A stretch of 64,000 nt of DNA, from the NCBI RefSeq assembly GCF_055900595.2, contig NZ_CM148325.1; one strand, written 5' to 3'. Positions 36,194 through 54,450 of the stretch are shown here, piece after piece. A program made the position numbers and the translations under genes. How positions within the stretch are numbered: position 1 is the stretch's first letter; each line of letters starts with the position of its first letter. The notes under the pieces are model-generated. The model was not told the DNA's origin, ran no database searches, and saw only the letters and a list, made by a program, of their open reading frames with translations.

Positions 36194-36547
36194 CTATTCG
36201 TCGATGATTGACTCGAATCCGCCATAGATCATTCGCTTGCCATCAAACGGCATGGACTCGCCGAACTCCTTCATCCGTGGGTCCGACATCATCTTTTGAT
36301 TAGCAGCGTCGCGGACCTCTTTTGAAGGGTATTCAATCCAGCTAAAGACAACCTCTTCATTCTCTTCCGCTTTCACCGCCATACGAAAATCGGTCACTTT
36401 GCCATCCGGTACATCGCTGGCCCAGCATTCGACAATACGAAGCGCGCCAAACTCTTTAAACAATGGCGCGGCCTTAGCGGCCATTTCCCGATAGGCATCC
36501 TTTTTATCGGCAGGAACGGCAACCACAAAACCATCAACATACTTCAT
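36194..36547 (-). CDS. ybaA: DUF1428 protein YbaA
   Basis: 117 aa, recognised. Confidence 0.9.
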   Translation of the reverse strand: MKYVDGFVVAVPADKKDAYREMAAKAAPLFKEFGALRIVECWASDVPDGKVTDFRMAVKAEENEEVVFSWIEYPSKEVRDAANQKMMSDPRMKEFGESMPFDGKRMIYGGFESIIDE

Positions 36548-36657
36548 CAGACATACCTCCGAAGCGTACTGCGCAGCCAGACAATTCTTGCGACGTCAGT
36601 TGTGGTTAAAGTTTAGCCATGTTGGGATTTTTTGACGAAACGGGGGGAGGCAAAAAT

Positions 36658-36771
36658 GGGTGGGGGCCCTGCCAGCTACATCCCGGCACACGCGTCATCT
36701 GCCTTGGCTGCTTCCTTCCGGACCTGACCTGGTAAACAGAGTAGCGTTGCGGGAGAACCAACAGAGCCCCC
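36658..36771 (-). ncRNA. ffs: 4.5S RNA (signal recognition particle RNA)
   Basis: 114 nt; reverse complement matches GGGGGCTCTGTTGGTTCTCCCGCAACGC...GGGCCCCCACCC. Confidence 0.95.
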
Positions 36772-36847
36772 ATTGAGAGCGTTGAGAACCAACGCGCAGG
36801 CGCATTATCACTGCTGCCCCGGCTAATTGCAACCCATTGCGTGCCAG

Positions 36848-37237
36848 ATGCTGGTTTCTTGCGCAATGCGGCTTCACTCGGGCGTTTTTCCAGATTATGC
36901 TGAAAAATTACCTCAGGAAGAAAAGATGGAAAAAGAAGATTCATTTCCCCAACGCGTCTGGCAAATCGTAGCCGCTATTCCCGAAGGCTATGTCACCACT
37001 TACGGTGATGTGGCGAAACTGGCGGGATCGCCCCGCGCCGCGCGCCAGGTGGGTGGTGTGTTAAAGCGTCTCCCGGAAGGCAGCACCTTGCCCTGGCATC
37101 GGGTGGTTAATCGCCACGGCACCATTTCGCTAACCGGACCGGATTTACAGCGTCAGCGACAGGCATTACTGGCAGAAGGTGTGATGGTGTCAGGAAGAGG
37201 GCAAATCGACTTGCAGCGTTATCGCTGGAACTACTAA
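36848..37237 (+). CDS. atl: DNA base-flipping protein Atl (alkyltransferase-like, YbaZ)
   Basis: 129 aa from MLVSCAMRLHSG; longer ORF is an upstream extension. Confidence 0.88.
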   Translation: MLVSCAMRLHSGVFPDYAEKLPQEEKMEKEDSFPQRVWQIVAAIPEGYVTTYGDVAKLAGSPRAARQVGGVLKRLPEGSTLPWHRVVNRHGTISLTGPDLQRQRQALLAEGVMVSGRGQIDLQRYRWNY

Positions 37238-37267
37238 CCCTCTCCGGGCGGAGAGGGTTAACTTCGC

Positions 37268-37840
37268 TTAATATTGCGTAGGAGCTGGAACTGCCGAAGA
37301 CGGATTCACCTGGGTTGGTGAAGTTGATGGTACGGTAGTCGTTGCGCCACCGCTGGCCTGAACCGGCACGGCGGTTTGCTGCACCGGCACCAATGTCAGG
37401 TCAGCTTTAGTTCCGCCCTGGTTGATCACCGGCTGAACGGTATCGGTAATAAATACCAGTTTGTCATTCACGGTAATCGCCGCACTCAACAGAATACGCG
37501 CGTTCGGCTGAACATCTGCCGGGTTAAATGGCAGAACAAAGCTGAATGGTGACTGTTTACCTTCAGTACGCACCGCTTTTTGAGCCAGCACTTTTGACGG
37601 TGCATCGGCTAATGATGCGTCAGAAAGTGTCACGGTCAGCACGGCATCAGGCGGCAGTGCGACTTTCTGACGGATCCAGACGGTACCGGAAACATTCGGT
37701 TGCTGGATAGCAGGTTGCTGTTTTGCTGAAATAGACGTATTTGCAGCCGGTGCTGGCGTCTGAATATCCGCGCTTTTATCTGCGCAAGCCGCCAACGCAA
37801 TCGCAACCGCTAAACCACTGGCCATGTGCACGAGTTTCAT
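37268..37840 (-). CDS. ybaY: Lipoprotein YbaY
   Basis: 190 aa, signal peptide with lipobox LAACA..., recognised. Confidence 0.9.
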   Translation of the reverse strand: MKLVHMASGLAVAIALAACADKSADIQTPAPAANTSISAKQQPAIQQPNVSGTVWIRQKVALPPDAVLTVTLSDASLADAPSKVLAQKAVRTEGKQSPFSFVLPFNPADVQPNARILLSAAITVNDKLVFITDTVQPVINQGGTKADLTLVPVQQTAVPVQASGGATTTVPSTSPTQVNPSSAVPAPTQY

Positions 37841-38057
37841 TCACTTCTCCTTATTATCAATGCACCAGCGGGCTAACTTTCCTCGCCGGAAGAGTGGTTA
37901 ACAAAATAGTAACGTCAACAAGTGTGGCACACATCACGCATTTCTGCCTGTAATTGGCTAGTAATTCAGACTATTGCACCCATCGGACCAGTGGCAAATT
38001 TGCGTTATACTCAACTCACTTTGGCTTGCTGCGGCAGCTTTGTTACTGGAGAGTTAT

Positions 38058-38918
38058 ATGAGTCAGGCGCTAAAAAATTTACTGACATTGTTAAATCTGG
38101 AAAAAATTGAGGAAGGACTCTTTCGCGGCCAGAGTGAAGATTTAGGTTTACGCCAGGTGTTTGGCGGCCAGGTCGTGGGTCAGGCCTTGTATGCTGCAAA
38201 AGAGACTGTCCCTGAAGAGCGGCTGGTCCATTCGTTTCACAGCTACTTTCTTCGCCCAGGCGACAGTAAGAAGCCGATTATTTATGATGTCGAAACGTTG
38301 CGTGACGGTAACAGCTTCAGCGCCCGCCGGGTTGCTGCTATTCAAAACGGTAAACCGATTTTCTATATGACAGCCTCTTTCCAGGCTCCGGAAGCGGGTT
38401 TCGAACATCAAAAAGCTATGCCACCCGCACCCGCACCTGATGGCCTGCCTTCAGAAACGCAAATCGCCCAATCGCTGGCGCACCTGCTGCCGCCAGTGCT
38501 GAAAGATAAATTCATCTGCGATCGTCCGCTGGAAGTCCGTCCGGTAGAATTTCATAACCCACTGAAAGGGCATGTCGCAGAACCACATCGTCAGGTGTGG
38601 ATCCGCGCAAATGGTAGCGTACCGGATGATCTGCGTGTTCATCAGTATCTGCTCGGTTACGCTTCTGATCTTAACTTCCTGCCGGTAGCTTTACAGCCGC
38701 ACGGCATCGGTTTTCTCGAACCAGGGATTCAGATAGCAACCATCGACCATTCCATGTGGTTCCATCGCCCGTTTAATTTGAATGAATGGCTGCTGTATAG
38801 CGTGGAGAGCACCTCGGCGTCCAGCGCACGCGGCTTTGTGCGCGGTGAGTTTTATACCCAGGACGGCGTGCTGATTGCCTCGACCGTTCAGGAAGGGGTA
38901 ATGCGTAATCACAATTAA
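38058..38918 (+). CDS. tesB: Acyl-CoA thioesterase II
   Basis: 286 aa from [24 protein letters not shown]. Confidence 0.95.
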   Translation: MSQALKNLLTLLNLEKIEEGLFRGQSEDLGLRQVFGGQVVGQALYAAKETVPEERLVHSFHSYFLRPGDSKKPIIYDVETLRDGNSFSARRVAAIQNGKPIFYMTASFQAPEAGFEHQKAMPPAPAPDGLPSETQIAQSLAHLLPPVLKDKFICDRPLEVRPVEFHNPLKGHVAEPHRQVWIRANGSVPDDLRVHQYLLGYASDLNFLPVALQPHGIGFLEPGIQIATIDHSMWFHRPFNLNEWLLYSVESTSASSARGFVRGEFYTQDGVLIASTVQEGVMRNHN

Positions 38919-38919
38919 A

Positions 38920-38960
38920 AAAAAAGCCGGAGGTGAAAACCGTCCGGCTGTTTTTTGCAG
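38920..38960. terminator. Bidirectional terminator between convergent tesB and amtB
   Basis: aaaaaaaagccggaggtgaaaaccgtccggctgtttttt: hairpin flanked by A- and T-runs. Confidence 0.7.
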
Positions 38961-38966
38961 TGCTTA

Positions 38967-40253
38967 TTACGCGTTATAGGCATTTTCGCCGTGGCTGTTG
39001 ACGTCCAACCCTTCTCGCTCCTGTTCTTCCGGTACACGCAGACCAACCGTCAGATCCGCCAGTTTGTAGCCAATAAACGCCACCACACCGGACCAGACAA
39101 TCGTAATGGCAATGCTTTCCAGCTGTACCAGCAACTGATGGCCCATCGTCACACCTTCAGCGAAGCCCACTCCGCCCAGCGAACTGGCGGCAAAAATCCC
39201 AGTCATGATACAGCCGACAATGCCACAAACGCCGTGCACACCGAAGACATCACAGGGATCATCCACCCGCAGCAAGCGTTTGAGCATGGTAACGCCCCAC
39301 AAGCCCGCCAGACCAGCGACTACGCCGATAATCAACGCGCCGCCAACACCAATGTAGCCACAGGCTGGCGTCACGCCGACCAGACCGGCAATCGCGCCTG
39401 AACACGCTCCCAGCAGTGAAGGCTTACCACGCAGCGCCCATTCACCGAAGATCCAGCCAAGAATTGCCGCCGCAGTTGCGACCACAGTATTCACAAATGC
39501 CAGTGCTGCAATTTCATTCGCCGTGCCCGCTGACCCGGCATTAAAGCCAAACCAGCCGATATAGAGAATGGCAGTGCCGGTAAAGACCATCGGCAGGTTG
39601 TGCGGTTTAAACGCCTCTTTGCCGAAGCCCACGCGTTTACCAATTAGATATGCGCCCACCAGACCTGCAATAGCGGCGTTAATGTGCACCACCGTGCCAC
39701 CCGCAAAATCCAGCGCACCGTGAGAAGCCAGCAAACCGCCGCCCCAGACCATATGCGCAATCGGAATGTAAGAAAGCGTCAGCCACACCACCACGAAAAT
39801 CAGCACAGCTGAGAAGCGGATCCGTTCCGCCAGCGCCCCGACGATCAAGCCTACGGTAATGCAGGCAAACGATCCCTGAAACGCCACGTGGATATACTGA
39901 TAAATGCTGCCCATCACCGCCGTCAGTTCGATGTTTTTCAGCATCAACCAGTTAATGTTGCCAAAGAAGTTGTTGCCCTCACCAAACGCCAGCGAGTAAC
40001 CGTAAACCACCCAGAGAATACAGACCAGTGCAAACGTCACCGTCACCTGCGTCAGCATCGACAGCACGTTTTTGCCGCGAATTAACCCACCGTAAAACAG
40101 GGCAATACCCGGAATAGTCATAAACAGCACCAGCGCAGTACAAATCATCATAAACGCATTGTCAGCTTTATCGGCCACCGCAGGTGCAGCCATTACCAGT
40201 CCCGGCAGCATCGCCAGTGAAGCAAGCCCAGTTTTTATCGTCGCTATCTTCAT
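38967..40253 (-). CDS. amtB: Ammonium transporter
   Basis: 428 aa, recognised. Confidence 0.97.
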   Translation of the reverse strand: MKIATIKTGLASLAMLPGLVMAAPAVADKADNAFMMICTALVLFMTIPGIALFYGGLIRGKNVLSMLTQVTVTFALVCILWVVYGYSLAFGEGNNFFGNINWLMLKNIELTAVMGSIYQYIHVAFQGSFACITVGLIVGALAERIRFSAVLIFVVVWLTLSYIPIAHMVWGGGLLASHGALDFAGGTVVHINAAIAGLVGAYLIGKRVGFGKEAFKPHNLPMVFTGTAILYIGWFGFNAGSAGTANEIAALAFVNTVVATAAAILGWIFGEWALRGKPSLLGACSGAIAGLVGVTPACGYIGVGGALIIGVVAGLAGLWGVTMLKRLLRVDDPCDVFGVHGVCGIVGCIMTGIFAASSLGGVGFAEGVTMGHQLLVQLESIAITIVWSGVVAFIGYKLADLTVGLRVPEEQEREGLDVNSHGENAYNA

Positions 40254-40282
40254 TTTTCGTTCCTGTTGCTGTGTGCCAGAGA

Positions 40283-40621
40283 TTACAGCGCCGCTTCGTC
40301 GGCTTCGCCGGTACGAATACGAATGACGCGTTGCAATTCAGCGACGAAGATTTTGCCGTCGCCAATTTTTCCGGTGTAAGCCGCTTTGCTGACGATATCG
40401 ATCACTTCATCGAGTTGGTCATCAGCAATCGCCACATCAATTTTTACTTTTGGCAGAAAGTTGACGCTGTATTCCGCCCCCCGGTACAGCTCGGCATGCC
40501 CTTTCTGACGCCCGAAACCTTTCACTTCGGTGACGGTCAGGCCCTGAATACCAATGGAAGATAACGCTTCACGAACGTCTTCCAGCTTGAATGGTTTGAT
40601 TATCACGGTCACCAGCTTCAT
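40283..40621 (-). CDS. glnK: Nitrogen regulatory protein PII-2
   Basis: 112 aa from MKLVTVIIKPFKLEDV. Confidence 0.96.
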   Translation of the reverse strand: MKLVTVIIKPFKLEDVREALSSIGIQGLTVTEVKGFGRQKGHAELYRGAEYSVNFLPKVKIDVAIADDQLDEVIDIVSKAAYTGKIGDGKIFVAELQRVIRIRTGEADEAAL

Positions 40622-40801
40622 AGATCCCCTCCGGTCAGAATTCGGTAATGGTTCTGCTACACGAATAAGGTATTGCAAGCGGTGTGCCAGAAATGAAAAA
40701 CGAGAAAGAGAGCAGGAAGTTAAGAAGATTGAAAACAAAAACGCACTATGACAGTGCACAGTGCGTTACATTTTTGCACCAACGATGAAATATTGCGCTA
40801 T

Positions 40802-44348
<3,547 letters not shown>

Positions 44349-44377
44349 GCGTAGTGTCCTGACCTGATTCTGGATAT

Positions 44378-44836
44378 TTATTCGATGGGTAAAGAAGTGG
44401 TGTATTTAATCTGTTCCATCGCGAAGCTGGAAGTGACGTCCGACAGCCCCGGCACGCTGTTTACCAGACGCTTATAAAACTCGTCGTAGCGTTTCATATC
44501 GGCAACCTGGACGCGCATCAGATAATCGTATTCCCCGGCCATGCGCCAGAACCCCAGCACTTCTGGCATTTCAGTAACCACCGTGACAAAGCGGCAATAC
44601 CATTCGCTGCTGTGATGTTGCGTTTTTATCAGCACAAAGGCGGTCAGACCGAGGCCAATTTTTTCCGGGTCCAACAGGGCGACTTTGCCGATAAGGATAC
44701 CGTCATCCTCCAACCGTTTCAGTCGCTTCCAGCAAGGCGTGGTTGTCAGATTAACGGCTTCAGCCAGTGCCTGCAAAGAGAGGGTGCAATCCTGCTGTAG
44801 TAAGGCCAGCAGCTTACGGTCAATTTTATCTAACAT
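44378..44836 (-). CDS. ybaO: Lrp/AsnC-family transcriptional regulator YbaO (DecR)
   Basis: 152 aa from [16 protein letters not shown]. Confidence 0.92.
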
Positions 44837-44988
44837 AACCCTTCCACAGAGAAATTTTTTCTCTTTTAATTCTATTTTAAAGGTGAAATCGCGACAATTT
44901 ATTCTGTGCGGTTTAAACACCACGGCACAAAATGACAAATTCAACGCAAAAAAAACCGGGCAATTGCCCGGTGCTGGAAGGGATCTCG

Positions 44989-45807
44989 TTATTCGGGGGA
45001 ATAAGGTAGATGTGGATAGTCCAGCCAGTGCGTCAAATAGTGAGAGACCGCCTGATTTCGGCAATGTCCAATCACCGGTAAATGAGGGAGCTCCGCGCGC
45101 AGTTGCGGCATCGCATTGCCCATAATAAAGCCGCTACCGACGCTGCCTAACATTTCGCGATCGTTCATCGCATCACCAAAGGCCATGCAATCGCGCAACG
45201 ATAAACCTAAATGTTGGGTCAGCACCGTCAATGCAGCGCCTTTATTGCAGCCCACCGGGAGCACTTCGAGGCAATCCGTCGCGGAAAAACACAAATGTGC
45301 ACGCTCGCCTAATGCTTCGTGTAGTTGGATCTGCAAGCGTGTAAGATCGTCGTGATCGCCACAGAAGCAGATCTTGGTGACGCGATCGAGTGGCATTTTT
45401 TTAACATCGATTATCTGATAACGAAAACCGCTATAGACAAATGCCTGCAACAACGCAGGGATCTCTTTTCCGGTAAACCAACCATCGTCATTGAAAATAT
45501 GCATGCTAGCTCGGGTATCCCATTGCTGATACAGCACCAGCTCTGCCACATCCGCAGGTAAATCATCACGATGTAAAAGTTCACCTTCCAGAGAATGCAC
45601 GCGCGTTCCGTTGCCGGTAATCAAATACGCATCCAGCGATAGTGCCCCGAGAATATGCTGCATCTCCAGCGCATGACGACCTGTGGCGAAAGTGAGGGTA
45701 ATGTCGCGTTCACGCAGTCGTGCCAAAGTAGAGAGTGTTTTCTCACCTAAATGATGGTCAGGCATCAATAAAGTGCCGTCCATATCAAATGCTGCCAGAC
45801 GAGCCAT
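44989..45807 (-). CDS. cof: HMP-PP phosphatase (HAD superfamily)
   Basis: 272 aa from [14 protein letters not shown]. Confidence 0.93.
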
Positions 45808-45906
45808 TTCTTTCTCCACTCTGTGACACGGTTAATAGCGATTGAGTATCACCTGATATATACGGAAGTAATAGTGAATAGTTAAATAATATTGTTCCGG
45901 GTTTAT

Positions 45907-47607
45907 ATGCGACTGCTCAACCGTCTTAACCAGTATCAACGTCTGTGGCAACCTTCTGCCGGAAAGCCGCAAACCGTCACCGTCAGCGAACTGGCCGAAC
46001 GCTGTTTTTGCAGCGAACGCCATGTTCGTACGCTGTTACGCCAGGCACAGGAGGCGGGATGGCTGGAGTGGCAGGCGCAGTCAGGACGCGGAAAGCGCGG
46101 TCAACTACGCTTTCTGGTCACGCCAGAATCGCTACGCAATGCGATGATGGAACAGGCGCTGGAAACCGGAAAGCAGCAAGATGTGCTGGAGCTGGCGCAA
46201 CTGGCCCCAGGTGAGCTGCGCACTCTGTTACAGCCGTTTATGGGCGGACAATGGCAAAACGATACGCCCACGTTGCGTATTCCCTACTATCGCCCGCTCG
46301 AACCGCTACAACCGGGCTTTTTGCCCGGCCGTGCCGAGCAGCATCTCGCCGGACAGATATTTTCCGGCCTGACCCGCTTCGATAATCATACCCAGCGCCC
46401 GATTGGCGATTTAGCGCATCACTGGGAAACCTCTGCTGACGGGTTACGCTGGGACTTTTATCTTCGTTCAACCCTACACTGGCATAACGGCGATGCAGTA
46501 AAAGCCTCACACTTACACCAGCGGTTATTGATGCTGTTACAACTGCCAGCACTGGATCAATTATTTATTAGCGTGAAGCGTATTGAAGTCACCCATCCGC
46601 AGTGTCTGACCTTCTTTTTACATCGCCCTGATTACTGGCTTGCACACCGACTGGCGAGCTACTGCAGCCATCTGGCGCATCCGCAATTCCCCCTGATCGG
46701 CACTGGTCCTTTTCGCTTAACACAATTCACAGCGGAACTGGTGCGCCTGGAGAGCCATGATTATTACCATTTACGTCATCCGCTGCTTAAAGCGGTTGAG
46801 TACTGGATAACTCCGCCGCTTTTCGAAAAAGATTTGGGAACCAGTTGTCGGCATCCCGTGCAAATCACCATCGGCAAACCGGAGGAGCTGCAACGGGTCA
46901 GCCAGGTCAGTAGTGGCATCAGTTTAGGTTTTTGCTATTTAACGTTGCGCAAAAGTCCCCGACTGTCCCTCTGGCAGGCGCGAAAAGTGATCTCCATTAT
47001 TCATCAATCCGGTTTATTACAAACGTTAGAAGTCGGAGAAAACCTGATCACCGCCAGTCATGCATTACTGCCAGGCTGGACTATTCCGCAATGGCAAGTA
47101 CCGGATGAAGTCAAACTACCGAAAACCTTGACGCTGGTTTACCACCTGCCGATAGAACTTCATACCATGGCAGAACGCCTACAGGCGACACTGGCCGCGG
47201 AAGGCTGTGAACTCACAATTATTTTTCATAACGCAAAAAACTGGGACGACACGACCCTACTGGCACACGCAGACCTCATGATGGGCGACAGGTTAATTGG
47301 CGAAGCACCGGAATATACCCTGGAGCAATGGCTGCGTTGCGATCCACTGTGGCCACATGTTTTCGACGCTCCAGCATATGCACATTTGCAATCGACACTG
47401 GACGCGGTGCAAGTAATGCCTGATGAGGAAAACCGATTTAATGCCCTGAAAGCGGTTTTTAGCCAATTAATGGCAGATGCGACGCTGACGCCGCTGTTCA
47501 ACTATCACTATCGCATTAGCGCCCCTCCCGGCGTGAACGGTGTGCGACTGACACCGCGAGGCTGGTTTGAATTTACCGAAGCCTGGCTTCCCGCGCCGTC
47601 GCAATGA
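45907..47607 (+). CDS. ybaE: Uncharacterized protein YbaE (solute-binding-like)
   Basis: 566 aa from MRLLNRLNQYQRLWQ. Confidence 0.9.
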   Translation: MRLLNRLNQYQRLWQPSAGKPQTVTVSELAERCFCSERHVRTLLRQAQEAGWLEWQAQSGRGKRGQLRFLVTPESLRNAMMEQALETGKQQDVLELAQLAPGELRTLLQPFMGGQWQNDTPTLRIPYYRPLEPLQPGFLPGRAEQHLAGQIFSGLTRFDNHTQRPIGDLAHHWETSADGLRWDFYLRSTLHWHNGDAVKASHLHQRLLMLLQLPALDQLFISVKRIEVTHPQCLTFFLHRPDYWLAHRLASYCSHLAHPQFPLIGTGPFRLTQFTAELVRLESHDYYHLRHPLLKAVEYWITPPLFEKDLGTSCRHPVQITIGKPEELQRVSQVSSGISLGFCYLTLRKSPRLSLWQARKVISIIHQSGLLQTLEVGENLITASHALLPGWTIPQWQVPDEVKLPKTLTLVYHLPIELHTMAERLQATLAAEGCELTIIFHNAKNWDDTTLLAHADLMMGDRLIGEAPEYTLEQWLRCDPLWPHVFDAPAYAHLQSTLDAVQVMPDEENRFNALKAVFSQLMADATLTPLFNYHYRISAPPGVNGVRLTPRGWFEFTEAWLPAPSQ

Positions 47608-47671
47608 ATAGCTGGTCCGGGTTAATCGCAGGCGTTACCATAACGCTTTTATTGTTCAAGCAGGATTATCT

Positions 47672-48367
47672 ATGAAACGTGCTGTCGTTGTGTTCAGTGG
47701 AGGCCAGGATTCCACCACCTGTCTGGTGCAGGCATTACAACAATATGATGAAGTCCATTGCGTGACGTTCGATTACGGTCAGCGACATCGCGCAGAAATC
47801 GACGTGGCACGCGAACTGGCGCTGAAACTGGGCGCTCGTGCACATAAAGTGCTGGATGTAACGCTGCTCAACGAACTGGCGGTCAGCAGCCTGACGCGTG
47901 ACAGCATTCCGGTGCCTGATTATGAACCTGAAGCTGATGGCATCCCGAATACGTTTGTCCCTGGGCGTAATATTTTGTTCCTGACACTGGCGGCAATATA
48001 TGCGTATCAGGTAAAAGCAGAAGCCGTAATTACCGGCGTCTGCGAAACGGATTTCTCCGGCTACCCAGATTGCCGCGATGAGTTTGTGAAAGCACTAAAC
48101 CATGCTGTCAGTTTAGGCATGGCGAAAGATATTCGTTTTGAAACGCCGCTGATGTGGATTGATAAAGCGGAAACCTGGGCGCTGGCTGATTATTACGGCA
48201 AACTAGATTTAGTCCGTAACGAAACGTTGACCTGCTATAACGGCATTAAAGGCGACGGTTGCGGTCATTGTGCGGCGTGTAATTTACGCTCCAACGGTTT
48301 GCATCATTATCTGGCCGATAAACCGACGGTGATGGCAGCGATGAAGCAGAAAACCGGGTTGAAGTAA
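47672..48367 (+). CDS. queC: 7-cyano-7-deazaguanine synthase
   Basis: 231 aa, SGGxDS PP-loop, C-terminal Cys cluster. Confidence 0.95.
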   Translation: MKRAVVVFSGGQDSTTCLVQALQQYDEVHCVTFDYGQRHRAEIDVARELALKLGARAHKVLDVTLLNELAVSSLTRDSIPVPDYEPEADGIPNTFVPGRNILFLTLAAIYAYQVKAEAVITGVCETDFSGYPDCRDEFVKALNHAVSLGMAKDIRFETPLMWIDKAETWALADYYGKLDLVRNETLTCYNGIKGDGCGHCAACNLRSNGLHHYLADKPTVMAAMKQKTGLK

Positions 48368-48418
48368 TTATTCCGGGTGTCGCCGGATGCGGCTTGAGCA
48401 TCCGGCACCACAAAACGT

Positions 48419-48817
48419 TTACTTAACCATCTGCTCCAGCTTTTCGCGCAATTCCCCTTCCAGAGCTAATGCTTTCTGCGTTTTAAGATCAATACAAACA
48501 AACGTAATAAGCGCATCCGCGACCACCTGCCCTTCCGGCTCCAGTGTAATGACCTGGCTTAAGATGCCGCTTTTACCGTTTAATTGCTGCAACTGACTGG
48601 TAATGGTTAACAGGTCGCTTAATACCGCCGGGCGACGATAGTTAATATTGATATTGACCACGACGAAGGCGATGTTATGGGCCGTCATCCACTGAAAACT
48701 GTCGCTATTTTCCAACCCATCCCAGCGGGCTTCTTCGAGAAACTCAAGGTAGCGGGCGTTGTTTACGTGCTGGTAAACGTCGAGATGATATCCACGAACT
48801 TTGATTTGTGTTTGCAT
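48419..48817 (-). CDS. fadM: Long-chain acyl-CoA thioesterase III
   Basis: 132 aa, recognised. Confidence 0.93.
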   Translation of the reverse strand: MQTQIKVRGYHLDVYQHVNNARYLEFLEEARWDGLENSDSFQWMTAHNIAFVVVNININYRRPAVLSDLLTITSQLQQLNGKSGILSQVITLEPEGQVVADALITFVCIDLKTQKALALEGELREKLEQMVK

Positions 48818-48870
48818 AGCGCAATAACCTTACGTTGTTGTTATAAGAACTGTTATAAGTGCAGAGGTCA

Positions 48871-48902
<32 letters not shown>

Positions 48903-48903
48903 T

Positions 48904-49336
<433 letters not shown>

Positions 49337-49350
49337 ACAGTGAAAACAGG

Positions 49351-51316
<1,966 letters not shown>

Positions 51317-51507
51317 GGTGTAACAACACTCCGCTGTAGATGACTGTGTACCTCACGCAACGTATCGATGCGCGCAAAGGCCTATTGTGACAAGAAACGG
51401 GGGCAATTGTCAGCCCACAAGACGCAGAAAGTCACCGAATACAAATAAAAAAGGCACATCAGTAGATGCGCCCTTGAACTTCGTCACATCCCCACTGGGG
51501 ACAACGC

Positions 51508-51780
51508 TTAGTTTACCGCGTCTTTCAGTGCTTTACCTGCACGGAAGCTCGGTACTTTAGCGGCAGCGATGGTGATCTCTTTACCGGTCTGCGGGTTGCG
51601 GCCAGTACGGGCAGCACGCTCTTTAACGGCAAAAGTACCAAAACCTACCAGTGCTACATCATCCCCTTCTTTCAGAGATTCAGTTACGGAAGCAATAATA
51701 GCATCTAACGCACGGCCAGCCGCAGCTTTAGAGATATCAGCCCCTGCAGCAATCTTGTCGATCAATTGAGATTTATTCAC
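51508..51780 (-). CDS. hupB: DNA-binding protein HU-beta
   Basis: 90 aa, recognised. Confidence 0.97.
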
Positions 51781-51924
51781 TCTTCTCTTCCTCTTTATAA
51801 TTTATATCGCACTTGAATCCTTCAAGGTACGAACGCGCAGCAGTTATATCAGGCCAGCCATCCCCTTACAACACCCCTTAATAAGGGCAAGCCCAATCCG
51901 CCATCTAACTTAGCGAGACAAAAA

Positions 51925-51968
51925 AAGGCTGGCAAGTCCGAATTAGCCTGCCAGCCCTGTTTTTATTA
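51925..51968 (-). terminator. lon intrinsic terminator
   Basis: Minus-strand hairpin ggctggca...tgccagcc followed by T7. Confidence 0.7.
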
Positions 51969-51988
51969 GTGCATTTTGCGCGAGGTCA

Positions 51989-54343
51989 CTATTTTGCAGT
52001 CACAACCTGCATGCCAGACGGTTCATTTTGCAGCGCAAGAGTCAGAACTTCCTCAATGCGTTTCACAGGATGAATGTCCAGATCAGCAATTACGTTGTCA
52101 GGAATCTCTTCCAGATCGCGTTTATTTTCGAACGGAATTAACACTGTTTTAATCCCGCCGCGATGCGCTGCCAGTAGTTTTTCTTTCAAACCACCGATCG
52201 GCAGTACCTGACCACGCAGAGTGATCTCACCAGTCATTGCCACATCGGCACGAACCGGGTTACCGGTCAGGCAAGAAACCAGCGCGGTGCACATAGCAAT
52301 ACCGGCACTCGGACCATCTTTCGGCGTCGCACCTTCCGGTACGTGGACGTGGATGTCGCGTTTTTCGTAAAAATCAGGGTTGATCCCCAGTTTTTCCGCA
52401 CGCGCACGAACCACCGTTAACGCCGCCTGAATGGACTCCTGCATCACTTCGCCGAGCGAACCGGTATAGGTCAGTTTGCCTTTACCCGGAACGCACGCGG
52501 TTTCAATGGTAAGTAAGTCACCGCCCACTTCCGTCCACGCCAGACCGGTTACCTGACCGACACGGTTTTCGTTATCCGCGCGTCCATAGTCGAAACGCTG
52601 AACACCGAGATAGTCATGCAGGTTATCGCCGTTAATTTCGATATGTTTTAATGACTTATCGAGCAGTAACTGCTTAACCGCTTTGCGACACAGTTTGGAG
52701 ATTTCACGCTCCAGGCCACGCACGCCCGCCTCACGGGTGTAGTAACGAATAATGCCGATAATGGCGCTATCGTCGACGGTCAGTTCACCTTTTTTCAGTG
52801 CATTACGTTCAATCTGCTTCGGCAGCAGGTGACGTTTGGCGATGTTCAGTTTTTCATCTTCGGTATAACCGGAGAGGCGAATCACTTCCATACGATCCAG
52901 CAGTGGTGCCGGAATGTTCATGGAGTTTGACGTCGCGACAAACATCACGTCGCTAAGGTCGTAATCCACTTCCAGGTAGTGGTCGCTGAACGCTACGTTC
53001 TGCTCTGGATCCAGCACTTCAAGCAGTGCGGAAGCCGGATCGCCACGCATGTCAGAAGACATTTTGTCGATCTCATCGAGCAGGAACAGCGGGTTTTTCA
53101 CGCCCACTTTCGCCATTTTCTGGATCAATTTACCCGGCATAGAACCGATGTAAGTACGGCGGTGACCACGGATTTCCGCTTCGTCACGCACGCCGCCCAG
53201 CGCCATACGAACATATTTACGTCCGGTAGCTTTGGCGATGGACTGACCCAGGGACGTTTTACCTACCCCCGGCGGCCCAACCAGGCAGAGGATCGGTCCC
53301 TTGATTTTGTTGACACGGCTTTGAACCGCAAGATACTCAAGGATACGATCTTTAACGCGCTCCAGACCATAATGGTCGGTATCAAGGATTTCTTGCGCCT
53401 GACGCAGATCTTTTTTGACCTTGCTACGCGCATTCCACGGCACCTGCACCATCCAGTCGATATAACCACGCACCACGGTCGCTTCTGCCGACATCGGAGA
53501 CATCATTTTCAGCTTCTGCAGTTCTGCTTCCGCTTTCTCTTTTGCCTCTTTCGGCATTTTCGCCGCGTCGATTTTCCGCTTCAGGGCTTCGTTTTCGTCC
53601 GGCGCGTCGTCCATTTCACCGAGTTCTTTCTGAATAGCTTTCATTTGCTCGTTCAGATAGTACTCACGCTGGGATTTCTCCATCTGCTTTTTAACGCGGT
53701 TGCGAATGCGTTTCTCAACCTGCAGCAGATCGATTTCCGATTCCATCATTGCCATCAGATATTCCAGACGTTCGTTAACGTCGGACATCTCCAGAACGGA
53801 CTGTTTGTCAGCCAGTTTCAGCGGCATATGTGCAGCAATGGTATCCGCCAGACGCGCCGGATCGTCGATGCTATTCAGCGACGTCAGCACTTCTGGTGGA
53901 ATTTTTTTGTTCAGCTTGATGTAGCCTTCGAACTGGCTGATTGCAGTACGCACCAGCACTTCCTGTTCCCGCTCATCAATGGTCGGCGACTCCAGATACT
54001 CCGCCTTCGCAGAAAAGTGTTCGCCATTGTCAGAGAGCGCAGAAATACGCGCGCGCTGTAACCCCTCGACCAGCACTTTGACGGTGCCGTCAGGCAGTTT
54101 CAGCATCTGCAATATAGAGGCCACGGTCCCGACGGTGAAAAGATCGTTTACACCCGGCTCATCCGTTGAAGCTTCTTTCTGCGCGACCAGCATAATTTTT
54201 TTATCATGGTCCATCGCCGCTTCCAGACAACGGATAGATTTTTCCCGCCCGACAAATAAGGGGATGACCATGTGCGGATAAACCACCACATCGCGCAGCG
54301 GCAATACGGGGATTTCAATGCGTTCAGAACGCTCAGGATTCAT
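51989..54343 (-). CDS. lon: ATP-dependent protease Lon
   Basis: 784 aa from [16 protein letters not shown]. Confidence 0.97.
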   Translation of the reverse strand: MNPERSERIEIPVLPLRDVVVYPHMVIPLFVGREKSIRCLEAAMDHDKKIMLVAQKEASTDEPGVNDLFTVGTVASILQMLKLPDGTVKVLVEGLQRARISALSDNGEHFSAKAEYLESPTIDEREQEVLVRTAISQFEGYIKLNKKIPPEVLTSLNSIDDPARLADTIAAHMPLKLADKQSVLEMSDVNERLEYLMAMMESEIDLLQVEKRIRNRVKKQMEKSQREYYLNEQMKAIQKELGEMDDAPDENEALKRKIDAAKMPKEAKEKAEAELQKLKMMSPMSAEATVVRGYIDWMVQVPWNARSKVKKDLRQAQEILDTDHYGLERVKDRILEYLAVQSRVNKIKGPILCLVGPPGVGKTSLGQSIAKATGRKYVRMALGGVRDEAEIRGHRRTYIGSMPGKLIQKMAKVGVKNPLFLLDEIDKMSSDMRGDPASALLEVLDPEQNVAFSDHYLEVDYDLSDVMFVATSNSMNIPAPLLDRMEVIRLSGYTEDEKLNIAKRHLLPKQIERNALKKGELTVDDSAIIGIIRYYTREAGVRGLEREISKLCRKAVKQLLLDKSLKHIEINGDNLHDYLGVQRFDYGRADNENRVGQVTGLAWTEVGGDLLTIETACVPGKGKLTYTGSLGEVMQESIQAALTVVRARAEKLGINPDFYEKRDIHVHVPEGATPKDGPSAGIAMCTALVSCLTGNPVRADVAMTGEITLRGQVLPIGGLKEKLLAAHRGGIKTVLIPFENKRDLEEIPDNVIADLDIHPVKRIEEVLTLALQNEPSGMQVVTAK

Positions 54344-54450
54344 AGAGCTCTCTCTTAGTTTAATTTCCGCCAGGTAATCAGATGACACGACTGTGCTTCA
54401 CGCCATCTATTAACATGTACGTCAGTATATGGGGATGTTTCCCCCACATT
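54344..54450 (-). promoter_or_regulatory. lon heat-shock promoter region, uninterrupted
   Basis: Recognised leader ...CCCCATATACTGACGTACATGTTAATAGATGGCGTGAAGCACAGTCGTGTCATCTGATTACCTGGCGGAAATTAAACTAAGAGAGAGCTCT ATG. Confidence 0.6.
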